Source of the DNA: Amoebidium appalachense
Lineage: Eukaryota; Protista; Ichthyosporea
Assembly (NCBI GenBank): GCA_963693365.1
Contig: CAVNZM010000012.1
Location: forward strand, 3,485,617-3,549,616
Length of the DNA stretch: 64,000 nt
Direction of reading: 5' to 3'
The notes beneath the pieces were generated by a model, which saw nothing but the letters and a program-made list of their open reading frames with translations, was not told where the DNA came from and did no database searches. Positions 9,830 to 19,289 of this stretch are shown here, in pieces (position 1 is the first letter of the stretch; every line of letters starts with the position of its first letter). A program made the position numbers and the translations under genes.

Positions 9830-11170
9830 ATGTCCTCAGACATTTTGTCCGTGATCGCGCGCGAGCCGAAGCGGAAGCCCATTGCCCGCCCTGCTTCACC
9901 CAAGGCCTCCATGCCGCGCAGCCGGCTCGGCCTGCGCGAGGACACCCCGACACCCCCGGACTCGCCGCCCCCGCAGTTCAGGCTCGTGGACGACCGCAGG
10001 TACGACGCGGACGCACACGAAGACATCCGCCCCGAGGACTCGGTCAGCAACGCCGGCCGCATCCGCCCAAGCTCTCCGGAGTCGGAGCTGCTCGAGGCCA
10101 TGAGGAACGACGAGCCAGACTACCAGCCGTCTCTCGCCCCCCGGGCCCCGCCCGCTCCCCCACCGCCCCCCCAGCCCGAACAACCACCACCCATGGACGG
10201 ATATGCCGTCGGCGACTACTCGTCCGGCTCGTACGGGCTCCACGACGGCCATCCCGTCCAGCTGCCCCTTCAGCCGCCAGGGTCGTTTGCGGGCCCACCT
10301 CCCGGCGCGATGTACCCCCCACAGTTGCTCTTGGGCCACGGCCACCAGCAGCCGCCCCCCGTGGATCACGCCGCCGCAGAGGCCGCCGAGCGTGACCGCC
10401 AGCGCCTGGACGAGGCCGAGCGCGAGCGCCAGCGCGAGAAGGAGAAGCTCGTGGCGGACCTCATGGTCAAGAAGGCCCGCGGCCACGACGTACCGGGCCA
10501 CATCGGCATCCACACCAGCTTCGAGGAGCTGCAGGCGCTGACGGAGACCATACGCAAGGTCGAGAACAACAAGCGCACGGTCGCCATGCTCCGCTACCTG
10601 ATGATCCTGTCGTGCACGGGCGTCGAGAAGGCAACCATGAAGTTCGTCTCGGACGTCTATTTGGACGGCTGGGCAGAGTCCATCGCGGCAAACCAGGCCG
10701 ACTATGACGACGTGCTCGCGCGCATCGCCGACACCATGGACCTCGGCACAAACATACCCCCCCACGTCGAGCTGGTGGCCATGCTCGGCGTCAGTGCCGT
10801 CATGTTCCACATGGCCCGCAAGTCCAAAGTGCAGATCGAGGCCGCGGCAGAACGCGTGGCCCTCCGTGCTCGCCAGCCCCCGCCCCCGCCCCCACAGGAC
10901 GCCCCGGTCGCAAGGCGCCCCGCCGCGCCCCAGCGGCCCCCGGCCGCGGCCCCGGCTTCGCCGGTCAAGACCGCGCTCACCGAGGAGCAGCTGCGCATCC
11001 ACAACCTCATCACGGGCACCGTCGAGGCACCCCACGAGTACGATGTCCGCAAGCGCCACTACGACCCCATCTCCGGGGCCAACAGCATCGTCTCCGACAC
11101 CGGCTCCATCAAGACGCGCAAGAAGGCCAAGATCCAAGTGGACGCCGAGGACATCGTCCGGCTGTTTTAG
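9830..11170 (+). CDS. conserved NCLDV protein (DUF5767-like)
   Basis: Pro-rich N-terminus, then EKEKL..DL...SFEELQ...TGVE...LDGWAESI...DYDDVL...PPHVELVAMLGVSAVMFHM. Confidence 0.75.
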   Translation: MSSDILSVIAREPKRKPIARPASPKASMPRSRLGLREDTPTPPDSPPPQFRLVDDRRYDADAHEDIRPEDSVSNAGRIRPSSPESELLEAMRNDEPDYQPSLAPRAPPAPPPPPQPEQPPPMDGYAVGDYSSGSYGLHDGHPVQLPLQPPGSFAGPPPGAMYPPQLLLGHGHQQPPPVDHAAAEAAERDRQRLDEAERERQREKEKLVADLMVKKARGHDVPGHIGIHTSFEELQALTETIRKVENNKRTVAMLRYLMILSCTGVEKATMKFVSDVYLDGWAESIAANQADYDDVLARIADTMDLGTNIPPHVELVAMLGVSAVMFHMARKSKVQIEAAAERVALRARQPPPPPPQDAPVARRPAAPQRPPAAAPASPVKTALTEEQLRIHNLITGTVEAPHEYDVRKRHYDPISGANSIVSDTGSIKTRKKAKIQVDAEDIVRLF

Positions 11171-14100
11171 CTACTCGAAGCGCGGCCGCTTGGCGTCCTG
11201 TGCGGCCAATAGTGCACCCGCAAACCCCCGGGACTGGTCCCGTTTGATCCGGCCAATGTAGGCGTGCACGGCTGGTCCGTCGCTGCGGAACTCGTTCGCC
11301 GTAATGGCGGCCACGGGCTTTGTCACATAAAGATATGCCAACACCTCCTTGAGCAGCTTGACCACCTCCGCCAACTGGCTGGGCACGGTCATCTTGTAGG
11401 CCTCGCGCAGGACCGCCACGTCCCGGCTGCTGACCGCAAAGGCTTCGACGTGCTCGCGGTAGCGCCTGCCCATGTCGTCCATCACCTTGCGCAGGTGCTC
11501 CTCGCGGGCCGCATCCGCGTTGGTCGCGGCGGTCGTGCGCGCCAACAGCGAGGCGTTGGTTTTGGCAAGCGTGTCCAGGGTGTCGGCAAAGTTCTCGGCC
11601 AGGTACTGGAGCCGTTCGCGGTGGTCGGCGACCGTGCGCTCGAAGTGTGTACGCAGCGTGGTCTCGCGGGCGAGAAGGGTGACGTTCAGTGTCCACTGGT
11701 CGGACAGTGCGTTCGCTTTCTCCCGGTACGCTTTGAGCTGGGCGGACTGTTCCGTATGGTCCGCGAGCAATCCGTGCAGCTCTTTTATATGAACCTCCTG
11801 GTCCGCCAGTTTCCGATCTCTGCTTTCCAACTTGTGGTGGGCATCTGCAAGGAGCTCCTCCTTTCGAGCGATTGCCGCCTCGCACTGGTCCAACTTATGC
11901 TGCGCCTGCGCCATCGCCTTCGACGTCTGTCGGTGGATGGCGCTCTCCTGGGCCAACTGGGCTTTTAGAACCGCGACGTCTCGTTGCGCTCTTCGTATCA
12001 AATCGGCATGGGACCCCGGATCCGCGGCCATTCCGGGTTTGTCGTCTTGGGCGCCCAACACGGATTGGTAGTATAACTCCGTGTCGATCATATTCCTCGC
12101 CTCCTGGGTGGCCTCGTATACGGTCTTTGTCCTGTTCTTTGCCGGAGGGACCAGTAGGTCGACAATAGAAAGAAGCGAACCTAGTAGAGCCAGGACGTCC
12201 TCAAACGAAGTCAGGCGATTATTGTCTATATACTTTTCGTCGAGGGCATCGTTCAATTGCGATATTTGCGTGGCTACACGCGAGTGTATTCGTGTGGCGT
12301 TTTTTCTTGCCTCTTGCACTTCTTCTGTGAGTACAGCAATCCGGCTGTGGAGCTCTTGCTCTCGACTGTGCGCAGCGGCCCGTTCGTCACTCGCCCGCAA
12401 TCTCAAATTCGTGAGTTGGTCATCGAGCTCGCGCCTTTCCTTGCGCCACTCGCCACGCTGTTGTTCCTGTTGGGTTCGTAGCGATTCCAATTCGCTCTTC
12501 AGCTTCTGCTCCAGTGGGGTTGCTACTTCTTTGGCTGTCCTAAGGTTATCCTGGAGTTCGTTGATCTGTGTGGCGTTTTTTCTTGCCTCTTGTACTTCTT
12601 CTGTGAGTACAGCAATCCGGCTGTGGAGCTCTTGCTCTCGACTGTGCGCAACGGCCCGTTCGTCACTCGCTCGCAATTTCAAATTCGTGAGTTGGTCATC
12701 GAGCTCGCGCCTTTCCTTGCGCCACTCGCCACGCTGTTGTTCCTGTTGGGTTCGTAGCGATTCCAATTCGCTCTTCAGCTTCTGCTCCAGTGGGGTTGCT
12801 ACTTCTTTGGCTGTCCTAAGGTTATCCTGGAGTTCGTTGATCTGTCTATCCTTCGCCACCAACTGCTCCTGGAGCCTGTTTTTTTTAATTTCCAATTCCT
12901 GACGCTCAGTTTCACGTTTCTTGACCAATTCTTCTTTTTCTTCCAACTTTCTCCGTAGGCCCGACTTCTCTTCTTTATGTAACAACAGCTCCTCCGCGTG
13001 TTTGCCTACCAGGCCACTCTTTTCCTCCAAATAAGCCCTCTTGTCTGCTTCGCACCCCCGCAGTTGCTCTTCCAATGCTTCGATTTTTCGTCGTAGGCTT
13101 TCAGCCTCGCTTTCCAATCGCTGCCTGTCGGATGTTTGTTTTTCTTCCAGTTCTCTCTCTCTAGCCGCAACCCGCTTATCCGCAGCCTCGGCTTCATCCC
13201 GCAGTTTCTTGATGGTATCCAATTTCGCCTGTTCTTTAGCAATTTCCAGCTTGATCTCCTCCAGATGCGCCTTTGCGACGGCCAATCCACCAGATGCGTT
13301 TCTCAATTCAATCAACTGGGCCTCACCCCGATCCAGTGCTTGTCTGAGGTTTATGATTTCGTTGTCCTTGGCGCTAGATGCGTTTTGCCATTCAACCAAC
13401 TGGGCCGCACCCCGGTCCAGTGTTTGGTTGAGGTTTATGATCTCGTTGTCCTTGGCGCTAGATGCGTTTTGCCATCCAGCCAGTGCTTGTCTGAGGTTTA
13501 TGATCTCGTTGTCCTTGGCGCTAGATGCGTGTTGCCATTCAACCAACTGGGCCGCACCCCGATCCAGTGCTTGTCTGAGGTTTATGATCTCGTTGTCCTT
13601 GGCGCTAGATGCGTTTTGCCATTCAACCAGTGTTTGTTGGAGGGTTCGGATCTCACCGTCCTTGGCGCTTATCTGTGCGTCCTTGTCGGCCAGTGTTTGT
13701 TGGAGGTTTCGGATCTCACCGTCCTTGGCGCTTATCTGTGCGTCCTTGTCGGCCAGTGTTTGTTGGAGGTTTCGGATCTCACCGTCCTTGGCGCTTATCT
13801 GTGCGTCCTTGTCGGCCAGTGTTTGTTGGAGGTTTCGGATCTCACCGTCCTTGGCGCTTATCTGTGCGTCCTTGTCGGCCAGTGTTTGTTGGAGGTTTCG
13901 GATCTCACCGTCCTTGGCGCTGATCGTTTTTCTTAGGTCCGATTCTAAAGCTTTCAGGCTCGCGTTCGAGTCCGCTAACTTTTGATGTGCCTGGTTGTTA
14001 GCTGTCTCGACACGCACCAGGTCCCTGTTCTTTTCGTTCAAAGCATTCGATAAATTTGCCACTTCGTTGAAGTATTTCACACTTGCGACAGTCTCCTTCT

Positions 14101-14347
14101 CTAGCTTTGTTTGCAATTCCCGTACTTTCTCCTCCAACTGTGCTATTTCGAACTGGCATTGTCGGAGGTCTCGCTCGCAGGGATCGCATTCCTTGGCGTT
14201 CGATGTGTGGGCGATTTTGGTCCGCGTTGCGTTGGCGAGTTGGATGATGCTGGTTCGCTTCTGTGCCACCGCGGGGCGGTTCGTCTCATCTCCGGCCCCA
14301 TTGCCTCGGTTGTCGATGGTACCCCATGAGCCGTCGTTGCTCGACAT
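11171..14347 (-). CDS. long coiled-coil protein with internal tandem repeats
   Basis: 1058-aa ORF with heptad-multiple 21- and 28-aa repeats and a 92-aa duplication. Confidence 0.85.
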   Translation of the reverse strand: MSSNDGSWGTIDNRGNGAGDETNRPAVAQKRTSIIQLANATRTKIAHTSNAKECDPCERDLRQCQFEIAQLEEKVRELQTKLEKETVASVKYFNEVANLSNALNEKNRDLVRVETANNQAHQKLADSNASLKALESDLRKTISAKDGEIRNLQQTLADKDAQISAKDGEIRNLQQTLADKDAQISAKDGEIRNLQQTLADKDAQISAKDGEIRNLQQTLADKDAQISAKDGEIRTLQQTLVEWQNASSAKDNEIINLRQALDRGAAQLVEWQHASSAKDNEIINLRQALAGWQNASSAKDNEIINLNQTLDRGAAQLVEWQNASSAKDNEIINLRQALDRGEAQLIELRNASGGLAVAKAHLEEIKLEIAKEQAKLDTIKKLRDEAEAADKRVAARERELEEKQTSDRQRLESEAESLRRKIEALEEQLRGCEADKRAYLEEKSGLVGKHAEELLLHKEEKSGLRRKLEEKEELVKKRETERQELEIKKNRLQEQLVAKDRQINELQDNLRTAKEVATPLEQKLKSELESLRTQQEQQRGEWRKERRELDDQLTNLKLRASDERAVAHSREQELHSRIAVLTEEVQEARKNATQINELQDNLRTAKEVATPLEQKLKSELESLRTQQEQQRGEWRKERRELDDQLTNLRLRASDERAAAHSREQELHSRIAVLTEEVQEARKNATRIHSRVATQISQLNDALDEKYIDNNRLTSFEDVLALLGSLLSIVDLLVPPAKNRTKTVYEATQEARNMIDTELYYQSVLGAQDDKPGMAADPGSHADLIRRAQRDVAVLKAQLAQESAIHRQTSKAMAQAQHKLDQCEAAIARKEELLADAHHKLESRDRKLADQEVHIKELHGLLADHTEQSAQLKAYREKANALSDQWTLNVTLLARETTLRTHFERTVADHRERLQYLAENFADTLDTLAKTNASLLARTTAATNADAAREEHLRKVMDDMGRRYREHVEAFAVSSRDVAVLREAYKMTVPSQLAEVVKLLKEVLAYLYVTKPVAAITANEFRSDGPAVHAYIGRIKRDQSRGFAGALLAAQDAKRPRFE
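12293..12845. repeat. 276-bp near-perfect tandem duplication (92 aa)
   Basis: The unit starting TGTGGCGTTTTTTCTTGCC occurs at 12293 and 12569. Confidence 0.92.
13310..13921. repeat. 63-bp and 84-bp coding tandem repeats
   Basis: SAKDGEIRNLQQTLADKDAQI x4 plus a partial unit, then SAKDNEIINL..LDRG.AQL.EWQ.AS variants. Confidence 0.92.
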
Positions 14348-14363
14348 TTACAGCTCGCACACA

Positions 14364-14612
14364 TTATTGTCGGCCAATCGCCGTGACCATGGCCCCGATC
14401 TCCAGCATCGGTGGCGGTGGCACATGTACATCCGTGCACGTCTGGCCAATCGGCGTGCCGCCCACGCATGGAACAATAATGGGAAGGGCGTGCCTGAGAC
14501 CCCGAACGTTTACACCCTCGGGTATGGCCTCGGGCATGCGCGCCCGCAAGTCCAACAGCTCGTCTCGGACGCGCGCAATGTCGGTAACCAGGTCGCGATG
14601 GCGGGGTTCCAT
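14364..14612 (-). CDS. small hypothetical protein
   Basis: 82 aa with AATAAAA upstream. Confidence 0.4.
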   Translation of the reverse strand: MEPRHRDLVTDIARVRDELLDLRARMPEAIPEGVNVRGLRHALPIIVPCVGGTPIGQTCTDVHVPPPPMLEIGAMVTAIGRQ

Positions 14613-14642
14613 AGCCCCTCGGCTCGATTTTATTGCACTCTC

Positions 14643-14894
14643 ATGTACATGTCACTGGCAGAGGCGAAGGCACAAATGTACCGGCGCTACAGCGAAGTCT
14701 ACGACTCTGACCCCGCGCTCGTCAAGAGCGTGGTGGATTCAAAGTTTGAGCTCATGAAACAAAAGGCCAGGCTGAACGCCCGCAGGGCTAACGGCAAGGC
14801 GCTGAGCTACGACCCGGACACCAACACCTACTTTTTTGGGGACCACTGCGAGCTGCTGTGTGGGACGCGCGACGAATGCCGCGGGTTGTACTAA
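14643..14894 (+). CDS. small hypothetical protein with a Cys-containing C-terminus
   Basis: MYMSLAEAK...HCELLCGTRDECRGLY, starting after an AT-rich spacer. Confidence 0.5.
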   Translation: MYMSLAEAKAQMYRRYSEVYDSDPALVKSVVDSKFELMKQKARLNARRANGKALSYDPDTNTYFFGDHCELLCGTRDECRGLY

Positions 14895-14999
14895 ACTAAT
14901 AGATGCGACCACCGCGCACCCCCTACACCGACACAGGCACAGGCATTGTTCGTTGCTTGTTTAATTAACAAAACCCATTCTACCAGAGAAGGGCAACCG

Positions 15000-16094
15000 T
15001 CACGCGCTGGCCCGCACGCTAGCGTACCATTCGTGCACCCCCTCGACACCCTGCACGGTCCACGGCACGAACGCGACCGTCTTGCGCCGTCCGCCCTCCA
15101 TGCAGTTCTCGTCCTCGCAGAGCAGCTTGGCGCCGTCGGGGCCCAGCATCACGGCCACCCGCCGCCAACGATGGTACCCGTCCTTGCGCGGGCAGTACCG
15201 ACACGACGTCTGCACCAACACCGCGTTGCCTCCGAACACCTTGAAGCTCTCGCCCTCCAGGATGTCCTGGTCGGAAACCCCCAGCAGCCAGCCCAGCACG
15301 CTAAGGTCCGGGAGCACCCTGCCGCCGACCTGCCGCCGCCCGCTGCGCACGTGCCGCTGGGGGTGTGGCGTGGGCGGGCGGCTACCATCGTCGACGCGAA
15401 CGAGGCACAGACGAATGGCCTCTGCGCGGTCAGCCCGGAGCCGCGCCAGCGCTGGCGCGTCCATCATCGCCATGTCGCCCTCGACACGGTAAACGGCCTC
15501 CAGCCCGTACTCGCGCCCGACGTGCCGCCCGTTCTGGGCCTTGCTGCAGTAGAGGATCCGCAGCGACCCCTCAAATGGCTTGGGGTCCAGGTATCGGGTC
15601 CACTCGGATCCCGTCATCGACGACAGGCTGTCCAGCACCCACCGCGCCATGGGCGCGTCCACGGCGAGGTCCGGCACGTGCACGTGGTACCCGCTCTTGC
15701 TCCCCTCGTGGCATGCAGCAAACAGGATCAGTCCGTTTTCCGGCACGACCCCCAGCACCGCGAGCGACTGCGCCACGTCGTCAACCAACCGGGCCCGGTC
15801 CGCGGCCTCGGGCAGGTGGGGCAGGTCCAGGTCAATAAAGAACTTGAATCGGTGGGTCACCACCTCGCACAGATACTCGCTGTTGCCCTCCTCGAACTCC
15901 TCTGCCAGGTACCGCGGAAGCTTGGACGCGACGCGCTCCGGGAGCGTGTACCGCCCGCTGGCCATGCACACATGCGTCGCCACCTCGTTGAAGCGGTACT
16001 TGGGCAGGATGCGCTGGTGCAATCGCGATGCGTAGTGGGCCTTGCACGCCTCCAGCGCAGCGTCCACTGGCGGCGCCGTCAGCATAGCGGACAT
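15000..16094 (-). CDS. AEP-superfamily primase/PrimPol with C-terminal Zn finger
   Basis: Motif I FFIDLD, motif II SGYHVH, motif III YLDPKP..GSLR; Zn finger CRYC...H...CEDENC (UL52/PrimPol type). Confidence 0.85.
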   Translation of the reverse strand: MSAMLTAPPVDAALEACKAHYASRLHQRILPKYRFNEVATHVCMASGRYTLPERVASKLPRYLAEEFEEGNSEYLCEVVTHRFKFFIDLDLPHLPEAADRARLVDDVAQSLAVLGVVPENGLILFAACHEGSKSGYHVHVPDLAVDAPMARWVLDSLSSMTGSEWTRYLDPKPFEGSLRILYCSKAQNGRHVGREYGLEAVYRVEGDMAMMDAPALARLRADRAEAIRLCLVRVDDGSRPPTPHPQRHVRSGRRQVGGRVLPDLSVLGWLLGVSDQDILEGESFKVFGGNAVLVQTSCRYCPRKDGYHRWRRVAVMLGPDGAKLLCEDENCMEGGRRKTVAFVPWTVQGVEGVHEWYASVRASA

Positions 16095-16120
16095 GGTACT
16101 CTAGTCGGCGAACTTTGTGT

Positions 16121-16215
16121 GGATTGGTCAGGCGTCCAATGACCGGAGGCGCATTTATAAGATGGCGTCATGGCGACGCGGGATCCGGTGACGTCATGCG
16201 GATCCGGTGACGTCG
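16121..16215. promoter_or_regulatory. divergent promoter with CCAAT, TATA and CRE-like motifs
   Basis: GATTGG 16122, CCAAT 16136, TTTATAA 16154, TGACGTCA 16189; GGATCCGGTGACGTC is duplicated. Confidence 0.5.
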
Positions 16216-16253
16216 CGAGCAGACTGGCATGCGATATTAATGCGCGTAGGGAC

Positions 16254-17000
16254 ATGGAGCGCGGCGATCCCGGATTGCGTGCGCGCATGGGGGCATATGG
16301 CGTGGTCGCCGACCACCTGCGGGCCGTCGGGTGTGGCGCGGTCCTTTTCGGGTCTTTTGTGCACCGCATGCTTGCAGGGGAGCCCGCAGACTGCGACGTC
16401 GAGATCTACGCACGACCCTATCTACCGATGGACAGCATGGACGCCGTCTGTGCCGCACTGATGGTCCTGGGGTCGTGCACGGAATGGACCGTGCTCCGGC
16501 CGTCCCATGCGCACGAGATTGGCAAGAGGTGCCTCCGCATGCGCGTGGATGGGGTGGAACTGTCGCTGTACCTTCTGCCCGCCCCGCCACCCGCATTGCA
16601 AACGCCCGTGTGCACACTGCACTACGCCGACGACAACCGGTACCCCGCCCAGTTGCTCGAGCTCGTCTGGAACGTGTACACGCGCAGTGCCACGCGCACG
16701 AGGATGGATTGCTCAAAGGGTGCTCGGTTCTGGTTGCGTTTATTGGGAGGTTGCGCGAAGGCACTGCCCTCCCCGTACACGACGGCCGGGCGGTTTGACG
16801 TCGCTCCCATGCCGCCGGACGCGCTCTGTCCAATCAGCTTGGAACGGTCGCTGGCCGCCGTGACCCTCGTGTGTGGCCACTCATTCGACATGACCGCCCT
16901 GGTCACACTGCTCACGAAGACCCCGGCCGCTCGCTGCCCAATGTGCAGGGGCACCATGCTGCTGCAGCGCGGTACATGGGACGCCCACGGCGCGGATTAA
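16254..17000 (+). CDS. nucleotidyltransferase-like domain fused to a RING/U-box-like domain
   Basis: LFGSFVHRMLAGEPADCDVEIY (hG[GS]...DxD); C-terminal CPISL...CGHSF...CPMCR. Confidence 0.6.
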   Translation: MERGDPGLRARMGAYGVVADHLRAVGCGAVLFGSFVHRMLAGEPADCDVEIYARPYLPMDSMDAVCAALMVLGSCTEWTVLRPSHAHEIGKRCLRMRVDGVELSLYLLPAPPPALQTPVCTLHYADDNRYPAQLLELVWNVYTRSATRTRMDCSKGARFWLRLLGGCAKALPSPYTTAGRFDVAPMPPDALCPISLERSLAAVTLVCGHSFDMTALVTLLTKTPAARCPMCRGTMLLQRGTWDAHGAD

Positions 17001-17102
17001 CGGCGTCTGTGCCTGCGCCTGATGCCCTTGGACTTCCTGCCCTTTCTGCGCCGGCGGGCCCGGCGGGTCGCGATGGCGTCAACTACCTGCTGCGATGCGG
17101 TA

Positions 17103-18476
17103 TCAAACACTCGTGACATTTCCTTCTACCACAGAAAATCTATTGGTTCGGTCACCAAAAACCCCGATTACACTGTTTCCGCACGCGCGGACGTCCTGCG
17201 CGGTCCGCGCCAACCGCGCCCTCAGCACATCCTCCCACGTGCTGTCCGTGCCCGCCCCGTGCTGGTACACGATGATGGTCCCGCCCGTCACAAACTCTAT
17301 TGCGTCGGGTATGGCCCAGTCCTCTTCGGGCCCGTACGTGTTGATCCGGAACGTGTCCACTCTCACCCGCCGGATCCGCGAAAGGTCGTTGTCGTTGCAC
17401 TCCAGGTATCCGACCTGGCAGCCCCCGCCGTCCACCACCAGCCCCGTGAACCGGTCGGCGCTTCCGTCTACGTGCATCTGCCCGATCCTGGGTATCCTCA
17501 GCCGCACGCTGCCCACGAACCCGTTGACGCGGAGCACCTCCAGCTGTGTGCCGTGCTCGAGGTCAAGGTCCATGTGGTACATGCTGTCGATCCTCAGCCG
17601 CCGCAGCGAACCCGGCAACCTGATGCGCGCCTCCACAGGCTGCGGCAGCCGCATGCACAAAATCTCCACCCGGTCCGGTAGCGCCGTGGCCTGTGTCTCC
17701 GTCATCTGGCACGTCAGCTCCCGAACCACCGACGGCACGGTCTCGAAGTGGCCCCTGGGGTTGTACGCCACCCGCACGGTCGGCGGGAGCCATGCCACGA
17801 TGTTCCAGCCACACAGCCGTGCCGTATGGAGCCGCCGCATGCGTTCCATGTGGATGTGGTGCGCCCGCATGCTGGCAAAGTCAATGGACAGTCGCTCGAG
17901 CTGCGACGTGTCGCCGCGGTACAGCTCCTGCAGTATTCTGTCGTCGTGGTCCACGTTGTTTGTCTCCGTGTAGCTCGAATTGTATGTCGTAACGTGCAGC
18001 TCCCGCGCGCCCAGGTCCGCGGCCTGGGCCCACGACGAATAAAACCAATTGGCCGCCGGCACCTTGTAGCACGCGAGCATGAACCCGCGCACGCCCCACG
18101 CGTGCCACTTGGCGACGTGGCGGTAGTTGTCCTTGGTCACCATCATCGTCTCGAGCTTTGCCGCGTGCGGCTTGCGGTGTGTGGCCACGTGGAGTGCCGC
18201 TGCGCGCCACACCCGGCACGTCCGCGACACTCGCGCAAGGTCGCCGGCGTCCAGGTGCACCAGGATCAGGTCGAGTAGGTCGCGGCTCTGCAGCACCCTC
18301 GCGCACGCGGTCGTGCCGCCGTCACCGTCACACCCGTCGTCGTCGCTTCCCACCGCGACCGGGCGTTTTCTTTTGGTGTGCTGCGCCGCTTCCTCGCCCG
18401 CGCTTTCCTTTCTTCTTGCCGCGCCTTGCCGGCGCCTCCGCCCGCCGCTTTCGCTTGCGCCGCTTGCCCTTCTCAT
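17103..18476 (-). CDS. F-box protein with LRR/FNIP-like repeats
   Basis: F-box-like DLLDLILVHLDAGDLARVSRTCRVWR; repeats LPPTVR, VPSVVREL, LPDRVEIL, LPGSLRRL. Confidence 0.75.
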   Translation of the reverse strand: MRRASGASESGGRRRRQGAARRKESAGEEAAQHTKRKRPVAVGSDDDGCDGDGGTTACARVLQSRDLLDLILVHLDAGDLARVSRTCRVWRAAALHVATHRKPHAAKLETMMVTKDNYRHVAKWHAWGVRGFMLACYKVPAANWFYSSWAQAADLGARELHVTTYNSSYTETNNVDHDDRILQELYRGDTSQLERLSIDFASMRAHHIHMERMRRLHTARLCGWNIVAWLPPTVRVAYNPRGHFETVPSVVRELTCQMTETQATALPDRVEILCMRLPQPVEARIRLPGSLRRLRIDSMYHMDLDLEHGTQLEVLRVNGFVGSVRLRIPRIGQMHVDGSADRFTGLVVDGGGCQVGYLECNDNDLSRIRRVRVDTFRINTYGPEEDWAIPDAIEFVTGGTIIVYQHGAGTDSTWEDVLRARLARTAQDVRACGNSVIGVFGDRTNRFSVVEGNVTSV

Positions 18477-18930
18477 CGTCGCTGTCCCCGCTGCTCTCGC
18501 TGTCGCTTGCGCCCTCGCTGTCGCTGCCGGCGTCGCTGCTGCTGTCCGACGCCGAGTCTGTCTCCCCCCCGGAGGACAGCTCCTTATATACGTCGCGGCC
18601 CCTGGCCACGTAGCGCCGGCGAAGGATGGGGTTGATGTCGGTCGGGTGCATCACCACCATGCCGTCCAACCCCAGGTTGTCGATGGCGTACTGCCGCGCC
18701 ATGATCTGGTCGATCGGGTCGCTGGGCGTGCCCGACAGCCGGCCGTTCACGCTGACGTACGTGTTGTTGTGGGGGTCGACCTTGACGTCCGGGCTGCGGC
18801 TGTCACCAAGCGCGGCCGCCAGGTCGGCTTCCGAAACTTCAAAAACTCCCTCCTTGGCACTTGTACCGTCGTAGACGACGCCCCTCAGACGGCGCTTTGT
18901 GCTGATCCCGCTCGTTGCACCCGTGCTCAT
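18328..18930 (-). CDS. hypothetical protein with acidic Ser/Asp tract and basic NLS-like tail
   Basis: DSASDSSSDAGSDSE..., KRRKRKRR; overlaps the F-box ORF start, so the two may be one frameshifted gene. Confidence 0.55.
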   Translation of the reverse strand: MSTGATSGISTKRRLRGVVYDGTSAKEGVFEVSEADLAAALGDSRSPDVKVDPHNNTYVSVNGRLSGTPSDPIDQIMARQYAIDNLGLDGMVVMHPTDINPILRRRYVARGRDVYKELSSGGETDSASDSSSDAGSDSEGASDSESSGDSDDEKGKRRKRKRRAEAPARRGKKKGKRGRGSGAAHQKKTPGRGGKRRRRV

Positions 18931-18940
18931 TGCAGGGGGC

Positions 18941-19249
18941 CTACATATTTGCCGGCACGCCCCCGCCCGCTGCCCCGACAACCTCGCTACCAGCACCCCC
19001 GGGGTTCCGCCGCTGCCAGTACACGAACGCGAGCACCACAAGCGCAATGCACAACGCAACACACGTGCCGAACGAGCAGCGCCTCCACCAACACGCGTCG
19101 CGCATGTAGCGGCGGTGCTCTTCCGCGCGCTCACCGGTCAACACAAGCGCGGGGGTTTCCTCCATAATCGTCACGCGGTACTCCGTGCCGATGGGCTTCT
19201 CCACCAGCATGTCGCCGCGGATCACAAGGTCGAGGGGTTTGCGAGACAT
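18941..19249 (-). CDS. small single-TM protein
   Basis: CVALCIALVVLAFVYW. Confidence 0.55.
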   Translation of the reverse strand: MSRKPLDLVIRGDMLVEKPIGTEYRVTIMEETPALVLTGERAEEHRRYMRDACWWRRCSFGTCVALCIALVVLAFVYWQRRNPGGAGSEVVGAAGGGVPANM

Positions 19250-19289
19250 GTTAGGGGTTAAGCTTTATTATATTCAGGGCCTGGCGTCC

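Noticed and set aside
9896-11137. Long antisense ORFs (also 13041-13985, 14946-16142, 33015-34487, 37114-38718)
   Set aside because: Shadow frames of GC3-rich genes on the opposite or overlapping frame.
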